NCBI GenBank assembly: GCA_050293845.1
Contig: JBNKNM010000074.1
Span: 1-23,904 of the forward strand
Direction: 5' to 3'
Length of the DNA stretch: 23,904 nt
DNA from: Pseudobacteriovorax sp.
GTDB lineage: Bacteria > Bdellovibrionota_B > Oligoflexia > Oligoflexales > Oligoflexaceae
The notes beneath the pieces are model-generated. The model did not search any database. It was not told where the DNA came from and was given only the letters and a program-made list of their open reading frames with translations. A program made the position numbers and the translations under genes. This document shows, one piece after another, positions 18,279 to 23,904 of this stretch (the stretch's first letter is position 1; each line of letters opens with the position of its first letter).

Positions 18279-19577
18279 TTATTTATTGGAACCTGTCCCA
18301 AAGTCCTTTTTCTCTTTATCTGAAGCTTCGCGTGCAGCATCCATCTCTTCTTGGGTTCGATATACCAATATGGGTTGTTTGCCGCTGACTATCAATTCTT
18401 CTGTAATGACGACTTCTTTCACACTCTCCTGGGACGGAATTTCATACATAATTTCAAGCATCGATTCTTCAAGAATAGCTCTCAGTCCACGAGCCCCTGT
18501 CTTGCGCTTGATGGCTTCTTGAACTACGGCTCTTAATGCCCCATCAGTGAATTTTAAATCTACATTTTCAAATTCAAACAGGCGGTGAAATTGCTTAACA
18601 ATGGCATTTTTAGGCTTTGTTAGAATTTCAATGAGGGCGTCTTCTGTAAGTTGCTCTAGGGAACAAATAACTGGCAATCGGCCTATGAACTCTGGTATTA
18701 AGCCAAACTTAGCAAGGTCTGCTGTTGTTACTTTAGATAGTAGATTTGAAACATCACGTTTTGCTTTTGAAGAAATTTCTGCACCAAAGCCTAGGGTTGA
18801 TGTTTCCATCCGTTGGGCAATAATATCCTCTAATCCAGCAAAGGCTCCTCCACAGATGAATAAGACATTCGTAGTATCTACTTGTAAGAATTCCTGCTGA
18901 GGGTGCTTGCGACCACCCCTTGGTGGCACGTTAGCGATGGTACCCTCAATAATTTTCAGCAAGGCTTGCTGTACGCCTTCTCCTGAGACATCTCTGGTAA
19001 TTGAAGGGTTATCACCTTTTCTAGCGATTTTATCAATTTCATCAATGTAGCCAATACCACGCTGTGCTAGCTCTACATCATAATCAGCGTTTTGTAGGAG
19101 GTTGAGAATAATATTCTCAACGTCTTCACCTACATACCCAGCTTCAGTGAGGTTGGTTGCATCAGAAATCGTAAATGGTACGTTTAGTATGCGGGCCAGT
19201 GTTTGGGCAAGAAGGGTTTTGCCGCTACCTGTGGGACCGATGAGTAGAATGTTAGATTTACTGAGTTCTATCTCATCATTAGCTTGTTTGGCATCAATCC
19301 GTTTGTAGTGGTTGTGAACGGCGACCGCTAAAGTTTTTTTAGCTCGCTCTTGGCCAATGATATATTCGTCTAAGATCCGCTTAATATCTTTTGGATTTGG
19401 CACTTTGTTAGAGGTGTTTAGGAGCTCTTCCTTCTCAACTTCTTCGGCAATAATGTCATTACAAAGCTGGATACACTCGTCACAAATGTACACATTAGGT
19501 CCTGCGATGAGCTTCTTCACTTCCTTCTGTGATTTGCCGCAGAAACTACAGTGAAGTCCACTGTCTTTGCTGGCCAT
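18279..19577 (-). CDS. clpX: ATP-dependent Clp protease ATP-binding subunit ClpX
   Basis: Zn finger [44 protein letters not shown] loop, TGARGLR. Confidence 0.99.
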   Translation of the reverse strand: MASKDSGLHCSFCGKSQKEVKKLIAGPNVYICDECIQLCNDIIAEEVEKEELLNTSNKVPNPKDIKRILDEYIIGQERAKKTLAVAVHNHYKRIDAKQANDEIELSKSNILLIGPTGSGKTLLAQTLARILNVPFTISDATNLTEAGYVGEDVENIILNLLQNADYDVELAQRGIGYIDEIDKIARKGDNPSITRDVSGEGVQQALLKIIEGTIANVPPRGGRKHPQQEFLQVDTTNVLFICGGAFAGLEDIIAQRMETSTLGFGAEISSKAKRDVSNLLSKVTTADLAKFGLIPEFIGRLPVICSLEQLTEDALIEILTKPKNAIVKQFHRLFEFENVDLKFTDGALRAVVQEAIKRKTGARGLRAILEESMLEIMYEIPSQESVKEVVITEELIVSGKQPILVYRTQEEMDAAREASDKEKKDFGTGSNK

Positions 19578-19645
19578 AAAGTCACTCTCCCTTTTTGGTT
19601 GCTCCCGGTTATTCCATCGGTGGGAGCAAAAGTCATCAATTACCT

Positions 19646-20242
19646 CTAGGAATTATTTTTCTTCGCCGGTGCAATAATATCATCAACGATGCCATATTCC
19701 TTTGCCTGCTCCGCCGACATAAAATAGTCGCGGTCAATATCTTTGAGTATTTGTTCAGTATCTTTGTCCGTGTGACGGCCAAGGATACCTGCCATTTTAT
19801 GCTTCAAGTAGATGATCTCTTGAGCATGAATATCGATGTCCGTTGCCTGACCTCCTGCGCCACCAAGGGGTTGATGAATCATGATGCGCGAATTAGGTAA
19901 AGCATGTCTTTTACCAGGAGCTCCCGCCGCTAGGAGCCAAGCGCCCATGCTGCAACATTGACCGATACAATAGGTACGAACATCTGGCCGGATTAGCTGC
20001 ATACAATCATAGATAGCCAAACCAGCTGTTACAGAACCTCCTGGGGAATTAATGTAAAAATTGATGTCTTTCTCGGGGTCTGCACTCTCAAGATAAAGTA
20101 GCTGAGCAACTATTACGTTAGCTATTTCGTCCATAACCGGCGAACCTAGCATAACGATTCTCTCATTTAACAGGCGCGAGTAAATATCCCAAGATCGTTC
20201 ACCGCGATTTGTTTGCTCGACAACAACTGGTACTAGAGCCAT
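19646..20242 (-). CDS. clpP: ATP-dependent Clp protease proteolytic subunit ClpP
   Basis: [37 protein letters not shown] (Ser), MIHQP (His), DRD (Asp). GAGGA SD supports ATG 20242 rather than 20350. Confidence 0.98.
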   Translation of the reverse strand: MALVPVVVEQTNRGERSWDIYSRLLNERIVMLGSPVMDEIANVIVAQLLYLESADPEKDINFYINSPGGSVTAGLAIYDCMQLIRPDVRTYCIGQCCSMGAWLLAAGAPGKRHALPNSRIMIHQPLGGAGGQATDIDIHAQEIIYLKHKMAGILGRHTDKDTEQILKDIDRDYFMSAEQAKEYGIVDDIIAPAKKNNS

Positions 20243-20398
20243 TGCGACGTCCTCATTCAACTCTTGTTGACAATCGTGCTGGCACCAAAAACTAGGTGTA
20301 AACCAGCACATACGAGACTTAAGCTTAAGCCACACGAAGTCTAATGACAAGACTCTTCATGTGACGTCTTCGTCGAAATTAGGAACTTCTTTAGGAAG

Positions 20399-20437
20399 AA
20401 ATCCCCTTTCTCATAGATTAGATGAGAAAAGGGATTT
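20399..20437 (-). terminator. Long stem-loop after tig (probable terminator, possibly bidirectional)
   Basis: AAATCCCCTTTCTCAT-AGATTAG-ATGAGAAAAGGGATTT: 16-bp stem with one G-U pair on the minus-strand transcript. Confidence 0.7.
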
Positions 20438-20480
20438 TTACTAACCAAATTTACGTAAGTTAGAGATTTTTTTCTGGATC

Positions 20481-21770
20481 TTACTTAGAGGTTGTCTCGG
20501 TGACTTGGCCGTTATCAATGATAAAATCGATGGCTTTTTTGAAAAGTAAACTTTCGCGGGCTTGACTTCCAGCAGATTCTTTGAAGGTTTCAATGAGCTT
20601 ATCATCCAGTTCCTGGCCTTCTGTTTGAGCACCGACTATTTCTCGTACCCAAGCGTCTAAATCATCATCATTAACTTCGAGCTTTTCAGCCTTAATCACT
20701 TCAGACAAGATAAGGGTATTTTTGGTCCGTTGCTTTGCAGTTTCAAGTAATTCCTTGCGCTTTTCAGGATCTTTTTTAGCTTCATCGCGGACATTGTCAT
20801 CCGGAAATTGAAATTCATTGAACATGCTATCAATGACTTGGTCCACCATAGAGGGGGGGACATCAAACGAATTTTTAGCAGATAGCTGGTCAAGGATGCT
20901 TGCCTCTAGCTGATTTCTTTTTTGTTGCTCAGCCTGCTTTTTTAAGCTGGTCATAATGTTAGCTTTTAACTCTTCCAGAGACTCCAAACCAAGATCTTTG
21001 GCAAGGTCGTCATTGAGTTCAGGTGAGATAAGTTCCTGCAAAGATTCTACTTTAACAGTGCAATTTACTTTTTTACCTATAAACGATTCGTCTTGAAAAT
21101 TTTCGGAAATCGTTATTTCGTAACTCTTTTCCTCGCCCACCTTAAGACCTAGAATTTGCGATTCCATTTCTTTTACTAAATGACCTTTGCCAAGGTCTAC
21201 CGGTACTTTATCGAAGGAGTAGGGAGGGAAGTCTTCACCATCAAGTATGGCTTTTTGAGATACTGTTGCAATCAAGCCTTCAGCAGCAGGAGTGTCTTTG
21301 TTTTCAACATCCTTGGTTTTAGCCTGACGTCTTTGAATAACCTCAAGTTCTCGTTCTAAAGCAGTGTCATCTACAACTGCAGCTTGGTATGAGATTTCTA
21401 AGCCTTTGTAACCATCTACACTGATGGCTGGTAGTATATCGATGAGTGCTGAAAACGAGAATGGTTCATTTTCAACGGGTAGTTCTTCTGTTTCTAGGAT
21501 TGGGGCGGCTATGGGCTGAATACTTTGATCTTTAATAGCTGAGAACAGGTGATTTTTTATGAGATGATCGGCAACATCCCTCGCCGCTGAATCACCATAG
21601 AATTTTTTGATGATCCCTAAAGGAGCTTTACCAGGACGAAACCCCTTGATTTTAGCTTTTTTCCGCAGCCTCAGGTAGACGCTGTCAAATGCAGATTTTA
21701 CGTCTTCTTGGGATAGCTCAACCTTAATGCGTTTTTGAACGCTGTTTACTTCTTCTACTAATGCTTTCAT
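20481..21770 (-). CDS. tig: Trigger factor
   Basis: Ribosome-binding signature IKGFRPGKAP, FKBP-like middle domain, C-terminal FDVPPSMVD; canonical position before clpP. GGGAG SD supports ATG 21770. Confidence 0.95.
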   Translation of the reverse strand: MKALVEEVNSVQKRIKVELSQEDVKSAFDSVYLRLRKKAKIKGFRPGKAPLGIIKKFYGDSAARDVADHLIKNHLFSAIKDQSIQPIAAPILETEELPVENEPFSFSALIDILPAISVDGYKGLEISYQAAVVDDTALERELEVIQRRQAKTKDVENKDTPAAEGLIATVSQKAILDGEDFPPYSFDKVPVDLGKGHLVKEMESQILGLKVGEEKSYEITISENFQDESFIGKKVNCTVKVESLQELISPELNDDLAKDLGLESLEELKANIMTSLKKQAEQQKRNQLEASILDQLSAKNSFDVPPSMVDQVIDSMFNEFQFPDDNVRDEAKKDPEKRKELLETAKQRTKNTLILSEVIKAEKLEVNDDDLDAWVREIVGAQTEGQELDDKLIETFKESAGSQARESLLFKKAIDFIIDNGQVTETTSK

Positions 21771-21825
21771 GTCAACTCCCAAAAGAAAAAACGAGGGCGC
21801 AACTGTCCCTTAGAAAAGTCCGCAA

Positions 21826-21853
21826 ATTATAAAAACTTCTAGTTTTTTGTCAA
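21826..21853 (-). promoter_or_regulatory. Consensus sigma70 promoter of tig
   Basis: Minus strand TTGACA-N16-TATAAT with both hexamers perfect. Confidence 0.8.
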
Positions 21854-22085
21854 TCATTCACGACAAAATAAAAAAATTAGGCTGAATAATTATTAAGTTT
21901 TGAAATTATTCTAAGAATATAAGATAAATACCAACTCCATCAGTGCTGTGTCGCCCGCAGACGTCAAGGGTTTGGGGAAGTAGGTAAAATTGACCTATGT
22001 GTTGGGCTTCAAATTCAGGTTGCAGTATAATCAATATAGGACAGAGCTATTACTCATTAACAATCTCCGTCACTTGGGGGAAAAA

Positions 22086-22376
22086 ATGCTTGTTGAGGTC
22101 GATAAGGAACTAGAGGAGGTTTTTCCCGTATATTTACGCAATCGGGAAGAGGATCTTATGAATTTAGAAATTTCATTAGAGAGAAAAGATTTTGATGTAC
22201 TGAAGCAAATAGGTCATAAAGTTGCTGGTAATGCAGCTGGCTATGGCCTTAGTGACTTGGGAACTTTTGCTAGGGATCTTGAGTCCCAAGCTAAGGAGCG
22301 TAAACTCCAAGAATGTATCGAACTTGTGACTAAAATGAAATCTTATATTAAGGAGCTACAACTGAAGTTTGTTTAG
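22086..22376 (+). CDS. Stand-alone Hpt (histidine phosphotransfer) protein
   Basis: VEVDKELEEVFPVYL..DL..L..KDFDVLKQIGHKVAGNAAGYGL..L...ARDLE pattern with the conserved His; GGGG SD before ATG 22086. Confidence 0.88.
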   Translation: MLVEVDKELEEVFPVYLRNREEDLMNLEISLERKDFDVLKQIGHKVAGNAAGYGLSDLGTFARDLESQAKERKLQECIELVTKMKSYIKELQLKFV

Positions 22377-22611
22377 ACCATGTAGCTCCCTAGAGGAGCC
22401 TTGTGGCTCTTCATCAAATATCTCCAGGGAAACCTCTTCCTTTAAGTGGAGGAGTAGTTTCCGCCATATTGTATCTCTTGAAAACCTTACCGATATAAGA
22501 AACCGAGTTTGCTGAGGCCCTCAGAACCGATGCCATTTTTCATATCAAGGGCTGCAGAACTTGCCCATAAATGAGGACCTCAAGATTCCGATCTCAGAAT
22601 AGGAGAGTCGG

Positions 22612-23826
22612 ATGTTAAATTTTCTTAAATCAAATAAGCTCCAGCATTATTTTAGTCTCCCCTTTACTATAGTGGGACTGGTTTCGCTGTTTATGATAAT
22701 CATCGTTACAATCACCTCCTCTCAAAAAATTTTACAGCGTATTTCACAGGATATTACAGCAGCGACAGCAAACAGAATAGCTGATGAAATTCAGCAAATA
22801 CGGGAAAACCATCAAAATATCATGCAGCTCATAGCCAATGATTTGAGTAGTAATACTGACATAAGTCTCAATCGCTTAGCCTCATTGCTACAGGGGCTTG
22901 TAACGATGAATCAAGCAGGTATTGCGGGTATTGTTGTTAAGAATAAAGAAGATGTTATTGCTGTGCTGGAAACAAAGGGAACGATTGACACGACGATAAG
23001 GCAAGGTGAGACCCTCTTAGTTGCTCCTAACCATGCTGATTTAACTGCCATGGTTGCAGATGTTTCAAAATTACCTCCTCCAAAGACCGTATCAGTGGGG
23101 GGGAAGCATTTCTATGTGCTTTGGGATAAAGGGAACAAAGATCTTGGAAAATTAGATGTTTATATAGGCCTTCTGCTAACGGAAAACATTTTAAAGTCAA
23201 GGATGGAAAAATGGTCAATTAGTGAGCATGCCAAAGCTTTTATTTTAGATAGGCAGGGAATTCTGGCAGATGTTGGACTTTTTTTGGACTTTGATTGGAA
23301 CGGGCAATCGGTGGCTTATGAACACCCTGCATGCTGGATTCGCTGTACTGCGAGAGATGCCTATGACCAGCTTGGTGTTCTTGTTGATTTAGAGAACGAA
23401 CAATATTTTGTAAGTCAGGGAGAAAGTGGACAAGTCTTCGCTAATGTCCAACCAATAGCAGGTAAGGTTGATGGACAAAAATTCTTTATTTTTAGTGTAT
23501 TACCAGAGATAGGCTATGCTGGCCATATGTGGGATACTTTAGAGTGGGCCATTATCGCATCTACTTTAATCCTTTCGTTATTTTTCGCACTCGGCTACTG
23601 GGCCTCCGAGCGTATTTCTAAACCTATCAGAAAATTAAATAGTTCAGTGAAGAAAATAGGTCAGGGTGATTGGAATCACCAAATCGGCTTGGAAAGAAAA
23701 GATGAAATTGGTGATCTAGCCCGATCATTTAAACAAATGGCTGTTCGCATGCAAGAATTGGTAAGAAATTTGGAAAATAGGGTTGAAGATAGAACGGGTG
23801 ACTTGAAAAATTTAATAAAAAAATGA
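22612..23826 (+). CDS. Membrane sensor (TM - extracytoplasmic Cache-like - TM - HAMP), apparently truncated, with no output domain
   Basis: Two TM segments, HAMP ISKPIRKL...KIGQGDW...RKDEIGDLARSFKQM, signalling helix LENRVEDRT, then a stop; AGGAGA SD. Confidence 0.8.
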   Translation: MLNFLKSNKLQHYFSLPFTIVGLVSLFMIIIVTITSSQKILQRISQDITAATANRIADEIQQIRENHQNIMQLIANDLSSNTDISLNRLASLLQGLVTMNQAGIAGIVVKNKEDVIAVLETKGTIDTTIRQGETLLVAPNHADLTAMVADVSKLPPPKTVSVGGKHFYVLWDKGNKDLGKLDVYIGLLLTENILKSRMEKWSISEHAKAFILDRQGILADVGLFLDFDWNGQSVAYEHPACWIRCTARDAYDQLGVLVDLENEQYFVSQGESGQVFANVQPIAGKVDGQKFFIFSVLPEIGYAGHMWDTLEWAIIASTLILSLFFALGYWASERISKPIRKLNSSVKKIGQGDWNHQIGLERKDEIGDLARSFKQMAVRMQELVRNLENRVEDRTGDLKNLIKK

Positions 23827-23904
23827 GTGGATAGTTCATGTCGTCTTCTATCAACATGCAAATTTTTAGATTCAACAAATACTTTTATAAGGCATAGAAA
23901 AAAG

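Noticed and set aside
16221..19900. Multiple plus-strand ORFs antisense to lon, clpX and clpP
   Set aside because: Shadow ORFs of highly conserved genes; the same applies to the short antisense ORFs over the ligase, GDH and the membrane protein.
21783..22085. tRNA gene expected upstream of tig
   Set aside because: No T-arm GTTCGA motif or cloverleaf recognisable on either strand.
22470..22496. ACCGATAT as a sigma28 -10 box for the HAMP sensor
   Set aside because: No TAAA-like -35 at the 15-bp spacing.
23817..23823. Programmed or sequencing frameshift at the A7 run extending the sensor
   Set aside because: Both shifted frames hit stops shortly afterwards and encode no output-domain motif.

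Overview
Almost all of the window (~223-23810) is gene-dense bacterial chromosome. Gene content and protein style suggest Bdellovibrionota/Oligoflexia or a related deltaproteobacterium-like lineage (inference). In order it holds: a GCS2-type glutamate-cysteine ligase and a large NAD-glutamate dehydrogenase; DUF924; rpmG (missing from the ORF track); yqeY-cysQ; a receiver/lipoprotein/Deg-protease/pseudo-Deg operon; a PAS histidine kinase with a large membrane protein that may carry a degenerate class III cyclase domain; the tig-clpP-clpX-lon cluster; an Hpt protein; and a C-terminally truncated HAMP sensor. The ends are anomalous. Positions 28-~222 look like a grass Cassandra (5S-carrying TRIM) retrotransposon LTR with eukaryotic Pol III 5S boxes. 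At the right end the sensor gene stops right after HAMP and runs into AT-rich non-coding DNA. The bacterial block therefore appears joined to plant DNA; a chimeric assembly or contamination is more likely than real transfer until reads say otherwise. Family assignments come from motif recognition and memory; no searches were run.
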